Shown: in pieces, positions 1 through 12,819 of the stretch
Layout: the number at the start of each line of letters is the position of its first letter
How positions within the stretch are numbered: position 1 is the stretch's first letter
Source of the DNA: Octopus bimaculoides
Lineage: Eukaryota
Length of the DNA stretch: 61,995 bases
NCBI RefSeq assembly: GCF_001194135.2
Contig: NC_068992.1
Location: 67,383,153-67,445,147, forward strand
Direction: 5' to 3'
The notes under the pieces: generated by a model
Database searches by the model: none
Told to the model about the DNA's origin: nothing
What the model saw: the letters and a program-made list of their open reading frames with translations, nothing else
Position numbers and translations under genes: made by a program

Positions 1-255
1 GTGTGTGAATGTGTATATGCGTGTATATGCATATATGTGTGTGTGTGTGTGTGAATGTGTATATGCGTGTATATGTATATATGTGTGCATATGTGTGTGT
101 ATATGTATATATGTGTGTGTATGTATATGTGTGTGTGTATATATTTATATGTGTGTGTGTATATATATATGCATATAATGAAAGCATACATACACGTACA
201 CAGAGGAACACATACACGCATCACACACACGCTCACATAGTCATGCACACGTATA
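1..255. repeat. Compound (TG/TA/CA)n microsatellite
   Basis: Direct reading; it explains the CVYVCV/HTHT ORFs at 9-281 and 55-240. Confidence 0.95.
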
Positions 256-2084
256 CTGTAATAAGTATTAGGTTAAACTGAACATTTGTATGCGCAGCCA
301 ATACATCTTTTTCAATAGATTTTTCCAGTGTACATAACATTATGTCGTACAGCGACCAAAATGCTGCGGAAAATATATTGTTTTGTCATTCTCTCAGTGT
401 AACAATGATTCGCTTATTCCTTAGACACTTTACTTATGTTTTGAAGATCACTGGCACACTTGATCGATCGACTCTATTATACTTTTTTGTATATTATTTA
501 ATGGATCCTAACAGCGTGGATTTTCCCAGTTGGTTACCATAAGCTATTAAGACCCTGTTTCACCTTTTTCGCTGCTACGATGACAATTCAACATAAATAG
601 TGACTCTCCATTATTTTGAGGAAGTTATATGCTACAGGTTAAGTCTAAAAATATTCACTGCTTTTGTGACTTGAAACGATTTTAGCTCAAAATTCTAATC
701 ACGTCCCGGAAAGTTGACTCTGGACGTTAAAACATGTAAATCAACATATTATTTTTCTTAATCTTCATCACTATGTTCATAAATAAAACATTGATATGAG
801 ATATCAGCCTTTTGCAGGTGGAAATATAATTTAGACCGTTAATATGTTCATTAACTAAACACCTATATTGTGATGTACACACGCACACACACACAAACAC
901 ACACAATTGTGCTTTAAGTTTCCAAATAATAGTTTGTCTTTTAGTTACAAGGTATGCCTCGGTGCGAGGACAGAATAGATATTGAGAGATAAACCAGACA
1001 CCGAACTGTAATAAATATAGCAGTGTGTAGATTTTGTTGAAATTGCCTGCGTGTAATCACACTTGATCTATGGAGCAATACCGACAAGTATATTGATTTT
1101 TACTTTTTGCAAATAAATCAAATTATGTTTGTTACAGCTGATCGCATTCTTGAGAAACCCGATGATATGAAAAGTAAATTAAAAATCAATTTAGAATTGA
1201 ACCCACATCATGGCCTTCACCCCGGCTTCCGATTTAAGCCAAATATAATATTTTAAATAAACTAATCTTCATTATATTTATATCAGTGGCTTTGCATGTC
1301 ATATATGACAGATTTGATGATTCAATACACAAAAATCAGCTTAGAGACATCAATGCAATCATTAGTTAAAGCCTTGAGTCAAATGCTAGATTAATGTGAG
1401 TGCTGATATATCTCACTGCAAACAATATCTTTATCTGCTGATACGCCTAAAGCATGGAATATGTCTGCTAGTGAAATGTTCTATAGAAGGTGAGGAAAAT
1501 TACGCGGCTAATTAGCTTCACAGAGTCTATTAATGGCAAAACATTTACAAGCTGCTATTAATTCCTAATATTTTTAATGTTTTATGCTAATAGCATAAAT
1601 ATTTTTTTTAATGTTTTCTGTGATAAACTTCTTCATATAATCACAACTATGAAGTGTTGAATCAGAACTTAGACGAATATGATTTTTCTTCACTTAAATT
1701 CCCCTCAGTATATAAAGTAGAGTTATGAACATTAAATTAAATGGCAATATGTCAAGTTAACTGTTTAATATCTGAATGATAAGATGTAGTCATTAGTGTA
1801 ATGACCATGGAGATATCAATTTGTCTAGAACGCTTGTAAAACTATGATATTGATGACATATAGATACGGTAAACCAAAGATTGAAATATAATTTGAGAGA
1901 GGCTGGCATACCGTTATGAGGGACAAGTTAAGTGCGTATAAAAAAATCACTTCCAACATAATAATGATGACGAGTCGATATATTCGTTGTATGTTTTGAC
2001 ATCTGAGAATGTTTAATGGTGATAAAGTAAATATAGGTGGCATTTGATAATTATTTGATTGAATTCGAAACCCGAAATGTATGT

Positions 2085-2300
2085 CTGTCTATATATCTTT
2101 CTATCTATCTATCTGTCTATCTATCTATCTATCTAGCTAGCTATGCAATACACATGCATCAATGCAAACATACACAAATACGCACATACACACACACACA
2201 TACACACACACACACACATACACGCACATACACATACACACGTACATACATACACACGCACATACACGCACATACACATATAAAAACATGCACACACATA
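2085..2300. repeat. (TATC)n followed by (CA/TACA)n compound microsatellite
   Basis: Direct reading. Confidence 0.95.
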
Positions 2301-3245
2301 TTGAGGTTTAAGATGAGACAGTTAATAGGATGGCAAAGGTTGTCCCGCAAGTTGAGGAGATATGAATCAAATAATAACTGCTTTGTGTTTGTTCTATAAA
2401 CAAACTTACGCAGCAATATCGTGCAAACATTTACTGTAGGATTTCAAATCCCAATCTAGATAGTGTTTGCTTATTTATATATTGAAATACCTTCTATATG
2501 TACTAAATGCACAGATTCATCAAAATTTGTGATCAACTATCAATCCAGGTCTCTAAAAAATTTCCATCTGCGTCTCAATATTCCTCTCCCAACTCTCTCT
2601 CTCTTTATATATATATATATAGCTTATTGAAAAAAATGAACAGCTAGTGAGAAACATAAACATACAGCATTTACTCAACTAATCCTCTGAGCAACAATAT
2701 GCCCGAGAAAAAAAAAACATTCTATACCAGTACAGACATCACGTGCCTGACTAATAACCCCAAATTTACAAATGGAAATAAATATAAATAACAAGAAGAT
2801 GAAGTAAAGAAATTAAGAGCCTAAACTTCCGCACATCTACAGCCTTTTGAAAAATGAAGTCTACAAATCCAGTGAACATACATATATTTCTTATTTCAAA
2901 GAAATTCCAACAATAGATATAACACGCAAGTCAAAAAGATTCTCAAACAATTCAACGTCTTTGGTTGAGATTAAGACACCCACCCCCAATAGGGGCCTCG
3001 ACTCCCACATTTTAGAGCTCCATGGCCTCCATTTTTCAGGAGCAAAATCCTTTTAACAAGTTCCAAAAGACTGGAATTTTGGAATCTGCGCATAAACATC
3101 AGTAGTATGGGATACATGTGTCATGATTAGAATTTTATGTACGGTGTGCAAAGAGGGAAAGAACCCTCATTTGCAATTCCGATGAAATTCGAATCATAGG
3201 TATTCCAGTTCGTTAGAGAAAAGTCTAATTCTGCCATTGCATATA

Positions 3246-3275
3246 ACACGGGTAACGCCGGGTACCTCTGCTCGT
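3246..3275 (+). mobile_element. Possible Helitron 3' terminus (GC hairpin plus CTAG-like end)
   Basis: ACACGG-GTAACG-CCGGGT hairpin (5/6 pairs), then ACCTCTG-CTCG-T, resembling the hairpin + CTRR|T end of Helitrons with one substitution. Confidence 0.4.
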
Positions 3276-4342
3276 ATATATATATATATATATATATATA
3301 TNNNNNNNNNNNNNNNNNNNNNNNNNNNNNNNNNNNNNNNNNNNNNNNNNNNNNNNNNNNNNNNNNNNNNNNNNNNNNNNNNNNNNNNGTGTTTGTGTGT
3401 GTGTGTGTGTGTGTCTTCTGAAATATATCATCTACGGCTTACAATAAACTTAAGAACTACACGATACAACAATAACCAAATTATTTGTACGGAAATGGTT
3501 TCCGGAGTGTCAACATCGCCATCGGGTCTCTCTAACTGGCAAAGAAATAATGGTCGCAACCAGATGGCTGAAGTGAGTAGCGGAGTTAATCATGGTGTCT
3601 GCCATTGTGTGTGATTCGTATAATACTTCCGGTTCGCGTTTTTCACTTCTTCGTATCACAAGTATATATTCAATGGCGACGTTTTGCCATAAGGAATGTT
3701 ATAGGAGTCTCCTTGAATTGGGAGAGAAGTTATTATTTATGGCTGAATAATATCTAGAAATTATTAAAGGGCGTACGCATTTTCCCATATCTCTATTACT
3801 AGTATTGCATAAATGTAGTAATTTGTACATATTTGTCCTATATCCGATACCTTAATATTAAAAGGTGACTTTCTAGAACGATGATTTATCATACTTTAAA
3901 TTTTCTTCCAGATATTAACGATAATAAGCTGCTGCCTGTCACCATTCATTCCAAGTCTTTATGGAAATCAGTGAGCCAATTTTCCTAATTTCCATGCATT
4001 CATACCTCTTTCGGCAGAAAATCACTCAACGATTTATTAATGTTCATACACATTAGTTTCCTTCACACTCATATGCATGTCACAAAGAGAAAGAGCTGAT
4101 TTAATACGCTATAAATGAATATGAATAAAGATAAGTTCACTTGTGCGTTCAGACTATAGACTTAATTGTATTCAATGTTGGAGGTGAGCTGATCATGGAA
4201 GAATTTTTTTTACCTGTAATTATCTTGTTAGACATTTATCTCTCAACTGTTTAATGATATGAAATTGAGGTAACTAGAGGAGAGATATGAAAAGTTCGAT
4301 ACATCAAATGATATTTTACGCGCGTATTTATGTATCTATGTT

Positions 4343-4396
<54 letters not shown>

Positions 4397-4398
4397 TG

Positions 4399-4435
<37 letters not shown>

Positions 4436-4786
4436 TATACTGTATAAAATATGAAAAGCTGTGTAAGATATATACATGTAATTATTGCTTTCCAACTGAC
4501 CTGATATTGTATACATTCCTGTTGCAAATTTAATTTAATGTCGACTTTTAATATCTTTCATTTGGTTATAATTCTGTGCATCATGCTATTATCCCTGAAG
4601 AAGCATTGAATAGAATCGTGGTAGGAAAGTCTGTTAATTTCTTCCAAGCTTACCATCTTCATGTCGTCAAAGATGATTAGATGATTGCAAATTTATTCCA
4701 AGGCTACAGCGTAGGTGAAAACAAGTCAGGAAATACAACTACTGCAAAAAGTATTTCTAATATGATAAAGCCAATTTAGTTTTTGA

Positions 4787-4894
4787 TTAAGTGCAACCGT
4801 GTATTGTGACGTCAGCATAAATCTCGTTGTTGACAATAGAAGTATAACTCTTTCCAATTGTTTTCCATTTGGTATATTTGTCGTAGTAATATTC
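4787..4894 (-). CDS. Candidate terminal exon of an unidentified gene
   Basis: Acceptor ggtttcaatag| then 35 open codons EYYYDKYTKWKTIGKSYTSIVNNEIYADVTIHGCT*. No homology recognised. Confidence 0.25.
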   Translation of the reverse strand, partial: EYYYDKYTKWKTIGKSYTSIVNNEIYADVTIHGCT

Positions 4895-5015
4895 CTATTG
4901 AAACCAGCAATATAGAGCACCGATGAAAATATATCTAGAGGTATTCATTTCCCTCCTCTCTCTCTTTCTATACAGCCGTCCTCTTATTTGTGTGTATGTG
5001 TGTGTGTATATACAC

Positions 5016-5050
<35 letters not shown>

Positions 5051-5239
5051 CACACATACACACACCCCCACATACATACACACACACACACATATATATA
5101 TATATTCACTGATATTACTTCTCCTACTTCTACTACATTTTGCTGTGTGCATTCAACGCGCAGCCCAATGTATGTGTTGTATTACTCTTGTTTTGTAAGG
5201 TTTTCTCTCTAAAAAAAAAAAAAACTACCTTACATGCCT

Positions 5240-6180
5240 GATTACACGACGGTGGTAGTGCAATCATCACAATAGACTCGGCCGATAGACGTATCCATCC
5301 CACATGCGACGGCAGCTGTTCTACATAACCACGCAAATCAATAATGCGCGCAATCTGGACGAGTGTCTGCAAAACGATTTCGTCGTGTTGCGCGCCCCTC
5401 GTACAAGATTGTCGGGTAGCACATCCATGGTTATAGAGTTTATCTCGGACCAGTAGCGCTCCACCAGTAGCCCTGCAAGGCCCACGACATGTGAACATTA
5501 TCCATGACCGGAAGGTTCACTGGAACACACTACCTAGTTCGTTTTCGTCGACGCCCAGTCGTTCCTCTAGAACGACGTCACACTTAACGTCCATTAAACC
5601 TCTGTATATTACTAAAGCAGGACATTCTCCGATCCTACTACTCAACTGTTAGAAGTCTGTGAGCACCTGACGACACTCAAGGAACCAGACGCCTACTTTC
5701 GGGCTTTTCTTCGCCTAGGCCTGCAACTCGGTCACGGAAAGGAGCTTCAGGAAGGCGTGCCTCACAAACAAAGCTCACACACGCCCATCGTTGTAGGTAG
5801 CACAACCTGAGATCGTGTCTGCGCATTGGAAGCCACTGTGTGTATAATCGGCCACTTAGAGGATGCTGGCAGCAGACTGACAGCTTGCCCATTGGCACGC
5901 AACTTATCCACAAATAATTAAATGAGAGACGCTCCAAACAGGTCAAGCCGTAACCGGGGTAAAGCACGATGCTCAGGCGATGAATAATAACTGTGGCATG
6001 TAGGCATTCGCCACCTCTCTCTCCGACCTTTCGGGGACAGCTTTCTCTTAGACCATTTCTGGGTAAATCTGGTTACCTTGTTTATACCCTTCTCCAATTT
6101 CTTATCTACCTGGAGGTTGTGTCCAAACTTGAACCAGAGCAGTCTAACTGATCTGTCGGTCTAAAGTCCGACGCCGCCTA
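5240..6180 (-). mobile_element. Degraded L1/Tx1-like LINE ORF2, post-RT region to C-terminal zinc knuckle
   Basis: Minus-strand frames with stops and frameshifts: TDRSVRLLWFKFGHNLQVDKK..KWSKRKLSPKGRRE/EVANAY, LERLSFNYLW..SVCCQHPLSG..MRRHDLRL, and ALLVRDKLYNHG..CTRGAQHDEIVLQTLVQ (decayed CxxC..E T..H..C). GC content is raised relative to the flanks. Confidence 0.75.
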
Positions 6181-6489
6181 TAGGCGTTTTCAGCAGTCAA
6201 CAACATTTCCGCTTCCTCCCCGACGGACAACTAATTTTGTTTCGGGGTAGATTTCAATTTCAAAATAACACCATACTCATCCAATATTATCCCGAGATAC
6301 TGGACGTTTAGCTACGGAGGCACATAGCAACGAGAGATCAGAAATTTTTTCCTCTCCTCACGTTCCAAATCGAACCACAATTATCTTTCAAGCAATTTAC
6401 TGCCTGTGTAAAAGTTTGATTTTTCGATCCTTCTGGTCTTATTATTCAGACGCTTAAAAGTCGCAGTTCATTTTATGACCTGATCTTTA

Positions 6490-6504
6490 TCGCCAGGTGG
6501 CAGT
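6490..6504 (+). promoter_or_regulatory. CTCF-like binding motif
   Basis: TCGCCAGGTGGCAGT matches the core CCASYAGRKGGCRSY at 13 of 15 positions. Single motif, no functional evidence. Confidence 0.25.
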
Positions 6505-6520
6505 GCAAGATCGTCAAACA

Positions 6521-6913
6521 TTTATTCTTTCTCTCTTTTATTTGCTTCAGTCATTTGACTGCGGCCGTGCTGGAGCACCGTCAGGACCAGTTTTAGACTA
6601 GCAAATCGAATCCAGGACTTATTTCTTAAGCCTAGTACTTATTCTACAGGTGTCTAGTGCCGAGCCAGTAGTTGACGAGGACGTAAACACACTAACACCG
6701 CTTGTCAAGCTGTGATGGGGCACACACATTAACACAAAGACACACACATATATACGGCAGGTTTCTTTTCTATTTCCGTCTAGCAAGTCCACTTACAAGG
6801 CTTTGGTCAGCCCAAGGCTGTAGTAGAAGACACCCGCCTAAGATGCCACGCAGTGAGACTGAACTCGGAACCATGCGGTTGGGAAGCAAACTTCTGACCA
6901 CACAGCCACACCT
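6521..6913 (-). mobile_element. tRNA-derived SINE, family A (my label), near full length
   Basis: Minus strand begins with an A-box-like TGGCTGTGTGG and a B-box-like GAGTTCAGTCTC. The body is shared with 49935-50278 and 29790-29910 (e.g. ttcagtcatttgactgcggcc.tgctgg, aagcctagtacttattcta). Confidence 0.85.
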
Positions 6914-6974
6914 ACAAATTTTCACGAAAATCTGTCGAAGGAGTGTTCCACCCATGTCTGTTGGATTTCTTGTC

Positions 6975-7190
6975 GATGCTGTCGCTGTTGTTTTGTTGTT
7001 GTTGGTGGTGGTGGTGTGAAGGACGTGTTTTCGTTTTCCTAGTAAAACACTTTCCCGTTTCTCCTAAGAAAGGTTATTGTCATTCATGTTGCTGTCGCTG
7101 TTGTTGCTGTGATCCTGCTCGGTGCTGCTGTTGTTGCTCGCAGTAGTAGTGGCAGTGGTGGCGGCGGTAGCCTTGTTGTTTTTGTTTGTG
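6975..7190. repeat. Low-complexity GTT/GCT/GGT trinucleotide region
   Basis: Direct reading. One minus frame gives an N/T/S-rich peptide (ANITNKNNKATAATTATTTASNNSS), so a low-complexity coding exon cannot be excluded. Confidence 0.7.
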
Positions 7191-7927
7191 ATGTTGGCGC
7201 TGATGCTGGTCTTTTCACTGTAATAGCAACGCTAACGGGTGAGACGCTATCACCCTCTTTCTTCGTCATCACATCACTCTCCTCCGTCTCTCCCCTTCTT
7301 GACTTTCAACTGTCATCTCCAGTCATCTGCAAATTCTGACATTAAATACCTGTTATAATCATAAAATTTAGAGGCGGAATGTGACATATTCAACAGATCT
7401 TAGTAATTCAATGACACACAATAACTTTAATACGCCTATCTGTAATTTCATTAATGCATCACTTGGCAGAATCTATGTGTTATTGTTTGTTTATCTTGCT
7501 TGCTGTACGATCAAATAGTCGTATCCTTTTGTTAAACGGCCGTTAGTGTATTTTTTCTATGTTCATCTGTTTAATGTCCTATATATTTGTTTTTGGCGAT
7601 GGTATTTTCAGTTAATTTATTGGAGCTCAATGGCAACATTTCTTCTTATTGGTTTTGGGCGGATACCGCAATTATAGTAAGAGTCTCCATATTTGCAAAC
7701 AAATCTCCAAAGAGACAACTAAGTATTGAGAAAAATCCGAATTTGTTTTCATTATGTCAATATGATTTAAAATCTAACAGTATCCAAAATGTCTTCTGAA
7801 TAATCCAAGTGAAGAAAACAATTTCCGTCATTTTGAGCTTATTAACTAAAATCATTAGAGCTGGCCGTAAAGGCGTCTTGCCATAATAATAATGATGATG
7901 ATGATGGTAATAATAACAATAATAATA

Positions 7928-8295
7928 GATGCTATAAGACCTCCACAAGAGCAATGAACACAGGGAGTGGATGCTGCGGCTTGTGTGCAAACGCGAGAGC
8001 AGCAAAAAATCAAATTCCATTGTCAAGGAAGCTTTCAAATTCGTAAGGGAACTTGGCATTGACCCTGATTTAGATGAAGAATCTGAAACCACTGCAAATA
8101 CATTATCATAACGGATCCAACAGCAAAAAAGAACGAGCAGAAGCAAATTGAGAGACGGTGGAACCAGACGCTTCTTCGTGGACAGTATATACTTCAAAGT
8201 CGAAATGCTGATGTAGACCAAGCAACAACTCATGAGCGGCTGAGAAGCTCAGAACTGAAAGCAGAGGCTGGAGGTTTCATATTGGCGGCACACCA
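7928..8295 (+). mobile_element. R4/Dong-like (RLE-type) non-LTR retrotransposon fragment, post-RT region
   Basis: Frameshifted translation SNSIVKEAFKF..RWNQTLLRGQYILQSRNADVDQATTHERLRSSELKAEAGGFILAAH matches the LHGQ..D...T..WL....LK.ETEGFI.AAQ motif. Preceded by an (AAT/GAT)n tract at 7883-7927. Confidence 0.7.
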
Positions 8296-9369
8296 GTGGC
8301 GTTTTAGTTAAATAAGTCAAGCCCCTGTACAGTTTTATATGTGAGACTAAAAACAAAGGACAATCGTAAAATGATGGTGATTAGCTTCACACAAAACTAT
8401 AGATATTAAATATTCTCATTATTACACATTAATATTTCAAGGATGATTAATAAATACGCAAATAATGAAATGACTAGTATTTCTAGACAAAACCTATTTT
8501 ATTAATATTCTATGGAGTAAATGCCGTTGGGATAGCAGTAGCCAAGTCACATTTTCCATGACCTTATTAATTTATCTAATTAGTTAACAAATGAAATATA
8601 CAAAATAATCAACTTGTTTTTTAGTCCATACATAACTATTTTTATAGAGTAGCAGTAAAGTGTTTTGGCTGACTGCGGCACAGTTAAAGAAAGCATTTTA
8701 CGTTGTTAATTGATATTGGCAAAATAGATCCACTCTACCACGATTTATAAGAAAATATATTTTTAAATAATTCACATTTTGGTATATTGCACTGTTTGTG
8801 AGTAATTTACTTGGTTCATACAAAGAAGGTACGGCAGGTGACATAATACAAACTCCTACTACACGATAGAGCTTTTCATATTTCATGCATGCCTCTCTTA
8901 AACTTCATTTAAAGTGGTATCAAATGCACTAACAAATAATTAAAGTTTACGTACCTAAATGATTGGCGATGAGTTAAACGCTGCTTTTAACAGCGGAAAC
9001 AATATCTTATAATAACTCTGCTTGTCAGTGCGTTACTTAGCCCGTCGGTAACGCCTTCACGTGAGTAGAGAAAAAGGGAGAAAGAAAAGAGAGAGAAAGA
9101 GGACAAAGGGAAGAGGGAGGCAGAAAGAGAGAGAAATATTAAGGGGGAGAGAGAAAACCTGGAGAGAGAAGCGTCCATGACATGTGGTAGTGGGACTGTT
9201 AAAAATGTTAGTTGATGGTAGTGATATAGAGACTTAGGAATATAATTTTAGCAAAGGGGTGATGTTCTGATGGTGAGATTAAAGACAGGCAGAGAGAGAT
9301 AGATGATGATGGTGGTGTTCGTGGAGGTGGCGATGGTGAGTGCACAGTAAAAAAATATGTTTCTTTTAT

Positions 9370-9666
9370 ACCTCCTATCATTTAAAGCAAGCACATCCCA
9401 AAGTTGCCATTCACTTTAGAACGAAATCAGTTTCCCGTTCACCTAACATATGCAATGATTATCAATAAATCACAAAAGCAGACATTTGATAAAGTGGGGT
9501 TTTTCTTGTCTGAACCTGTATTCACCCATGGTCAGTTATATGTTGCATTCTCAAAGGCTCGCAAATTATCTGATGAGAAAGTTAAAGTTGTTAGCACTAA
9601 CAAACAAGAGAGAAGAAGACGAGAACATACACAAAGAACATAGTTTGCAAAGAAGTATTGGATTGA
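9370..9666 (+). mobile_element. Helitron Rep/Hel PIF1-like helicase C-terminal fragment
   Basis: LPFTLERNQFPVHLTYAMIINKSQKQTFDKVGFFLSEPVFTHGQLYVAFSKAR, then (frameshift) TKNIVCKEVLD*: the classic QFP.RL.FAMTINKSQGQT..PVF.HGQLYVA.SR ... T.NIV.KEVL ending. Confidence 0.9.
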
Positions 9667-10944
9667 AAGGCTCACGAAAATTGAAATGTGTATTGGATCT
9701 GACCCATCGCTTTCGCTTATAAGTTACCAACGTTGTAATTTTCAGAGTATGCCATGTTGCATTAAATTTTTACCCCCGTGAAATCTTTACCCCTATATAT
9801 TACATATAAAGTAATTTCTTTCGCTATAGACTTTTTGTTTTCTAGATATGAAAGTGTGACCATGTAAATTTTATAAGGTAATTTGTTTTTCTCTTTATGG
9901 GAAAAATAAGTGCGAATATTTATTGTATGAATGCTGTGCATGAAGTCTATAAAACTGTGCATGAAGTATAGTAAAGTATATATATAAAGCGCATTAAGTA
10001 ATCATCGTATTGCTGTTTCCTTCCCTTTTCGATGTATAGGGATGAGTGACTCATCTTTTGATACAGACACTACACTGGCTATGCTTTCAGTTTTTTTGGA
10101 TAAAGTTTTCAAGAATAACCGAATAGGATTTCTATTAATTCCGTGAAATAGTCATTAGTCTCATTAGTTGAAATAAATAGTGGAATATATTTATTCATTA
10201 AACAAGAACACGTATACTGAATGTCTAATGTTCAACAGATAAAATGGGTTAGACGGATCCTTTAATATTCAGTAAGACAGATAATATGGTAACTCAGACC
10301 TTAATATTCAATAGGAGAAAGAGAAACAGTGCAACGGATGGTGCCCTAGATATGAGGCAAACAAAAGTAAAGAGATTTATGAAGCCTTAAACATAGAAGA
10401 CAAACGGAGAAAATATGATAAATGACGGTTTTAGTAGTATTCGATAGAAAATAGTGAAGTTTATGGACGGAAGAATGTAAGGAAGCGTGGAGTTGGAAAT
10501 TTTAATTATATTCAAGCATTTTAATTTGCAATTATTCAAACAAATAGAAAGTTAAAATTTTATATAAGAACAAAATCGAAAATTTAAGCAAATATTATAA
10601 CATTTAATATCCGAATTATTCTATAAAGATATCTTTTTAGAAATGCAGCCATATTAATAGCTTTTGTTAAAAAAAATTATTTTTTAATATTTGTTAAACA
10701 AATACGGCATTCTTAGATACACAGAACGTGACTGCTTTATTATATTTCGATTATTCATTAGAATAGTTAAATTATATTTGAAGATTAATGTTTATGGATA
10801 TTTGTGAGGCAATTGTAATGAAAGTTTGAAGTGATGAAATAAAATTGCCTTTACATTGGCACGACGGGGTAGACCCAGGAATGAGAGGGTAAACGTAGAA
10901 TATTCTTTACATAGAATTCATCTGAAATTAAAAATTAGATATGC

Positions 10945-11210
10945 TAAGAGGTGAAGTCAAAAGTTATCTGCACATTCGTCATAACATCACTGACTTCTAC
11001 GCATACGTGCTTATAGTTGGTACTATTTTAGTCACGTTATCGATGTTTGAGCCTGATCGCGCCATTTTCTTTTTGGCTTTACAAGTGTAAGCATGGCCGT
11101 TCCACTAGCAAAGTGGACCAAAGAAGAACAAATAGCAGTGATCCGATTTCTCTGGAAAAAGGGGTATACGATTAACAATGTAAGATATGGTGCTTTGCTG
11201 GCCAACAAGC
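10945..11210 (+). mobile_element. Mariner (Tc1/mariner) 5' end with transposase N-terminus
   Basis: ATG at 11093: MAVPLAKWTKEEQIAVIRFLWKKG, matching the mariner N-terminal HTH (EQRAVIRFLW). A degenerate TIR-like TAAGAGGTGAAGTCAAAAGTTATCTGCAC lies at 10945-10973. Confidence 0.7.
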
Positions 11211-11227
11211 TGAAGTCAGTAATTTGC

Positions 11228-11395
11228 ACCAATTTCTGACTATTGATTCATCATTTAAATCTTTATTGCTGAAGAATTCTCGGATGTGACGGTTGAAGTG
11301 TTCAATGTCGGATTTCAGTTCAAGGAGATTAGGGGTGGGTGTCGGGGTAAACTTGAAACCTTTTAATAGGAGGTTCATCACATTCTTGTTGAGGT
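11228..11395 (-). mobile_element. Penelope-like element, N-terminal ORF fragment
   Basis: LLLKGFKFTPTPTPNLLELKSDIEHFNRHIREFFSNKDLNDESIVRN matches the PLE motif LL.KGLKF.PTP..N..EL..DI..F.R.LRL.EFF.....S.VRNKS. Confidence 0.75.
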
Positions 11396-11396
11396 T

Positions 11397-11427
<31 letters not shown>

Positions 11428-11699
11428 NNNNNNNNNNNNNNNNNNNNNNNNNNNNNNNNNNNNNNNNNNNNNNNNNNNNNNNNNNNNNNNNNNNNNNNNN
11501 NNNNNNNNNNNNNNNNNNNNNNNNNNNNNNNNNNNNNNNNNNNNNNNNNNNNNNNNNNNNNNNNNNNNNNNNNNNNNNNNNNNNNNNNNNNNNNNNNNNN
11601 NNNNNNNNNNNNNNNNNNNNNNNNNNNNNNNNNNNNNNNNNNNATATATATATATATAAAGACCTGTTGGGGAAAGTGAGATCAAAACTGAACCAAATT

Positions 11700-11965
11700 C
11701 GATGGATGGCACCCGTGCCAGTGGATTGCTAACAGCACCATCCGAGCGGGATCACTGCCAGAGCAGCGGTTTCGCTTCCGTGCCGGTGGCACGTAAAAAG
11801 CACCCACTACACTCTCGGAGTGGTTGGCGATAGGAAGGGCATCCAGCTGTAGAAACTCTGTCAGATCGGATTGGAGTCTGGTGTAGTCATCTGGTTCGCC
11901 AGTTTCCAGTCAAATCGTTCAACCCATGTTAGCATGAAAAACGGACGTTAAATGATGATGATGAT
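11700..11965 (+). mobile_element. SINE-like element, family C (my label), with (TGA)n tail
   Basis: GC-rich body (ccggtggcacgtaaaaagcacccactacactctcggagtggttggcg..aggaagggcatccagc) ending in aatgatgatgatga. I recall it as an abundant octopus repeat; single copy here. Confidence 0.6.
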
Positions 11966-12788
11966 ATGTACGTGGAAATTCTGAACAGTAATTAAACGAA
12001 CATAATGAAAGCATTAATTGCTAACGGGTTGTACGTTGTAGTTTAGAACTTATAACAATGGGGCAGTTTTGGTTAAATACAGTCAATAATGATTGTCTGG
12101 CCTAAAGGCATAGTATCGGCCCTTCAGCGTATTTCTATGATTAAATACTTTCTTCATCAATTGTGATCTGAAGCTGGGCATCCGCCGTAACTCTAGTTCG
12201 CAGACATCCACGAAGACGAATATTTTCCCACATTTATTGATGTTACGCTAGTTACAAAGCACTCATACATCACGATGATGGAAACTATGAAATTATACAA
12301 TACATAACAGCTCTTATATATATTGAAAATAAAATATTTCACCTAGAAATGAAGTTAGTGTCGATCACTGGGGTTATGAGCTTAACTATATTACTAATTG
12401 AAGGAAATACTTTAGCAGTTTCATCCATATTGCTTGAAACCGACTAACGCTTTCTAATTAGAGTTCCTATTTCTGAAATACTTTACGCTGTATAGCAAAT
12501 TATTGGCATTCAATTTCATATATGAGAGGTTTCTTCCGGAATTTAAGTACGTTTTTGTGTAACTTATCTTCCAGCACTCATTAAGTTTGTAACATATTGG
12601 AAAAATGTATAGTTGTTATTTCCATAATAACAGTATGTGTACTAACTGAAAAATGTTACTTTTTTAGTGATATCATAAGCAATATTTTCTTTTCAGTTAT
12701 ACTGCTGATGATAGCTGAAAGAAGGAGCGATAAATATATAGGTAGATAGATAGATTGATGCATATATATATGCATACATGCTTAATTT

Positions 12789-12819
<31 letters not shown>

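Noticed and set aside
1125-2050. Plus-strand exon-like pieces (ADRILEKPDDMKSKLKINLELNPHHGLHPGF; NACKTMILMTYRYG)
   Set aside because: Stop density is close to random expectation and the phases do not chain.
2690-3110. CR1/L2-like LINE 3' remnant (LHGLHFSGAKSF-NKVPKD)
   Set aside because: Only a short, frameshifted resemblance; not enough to call.
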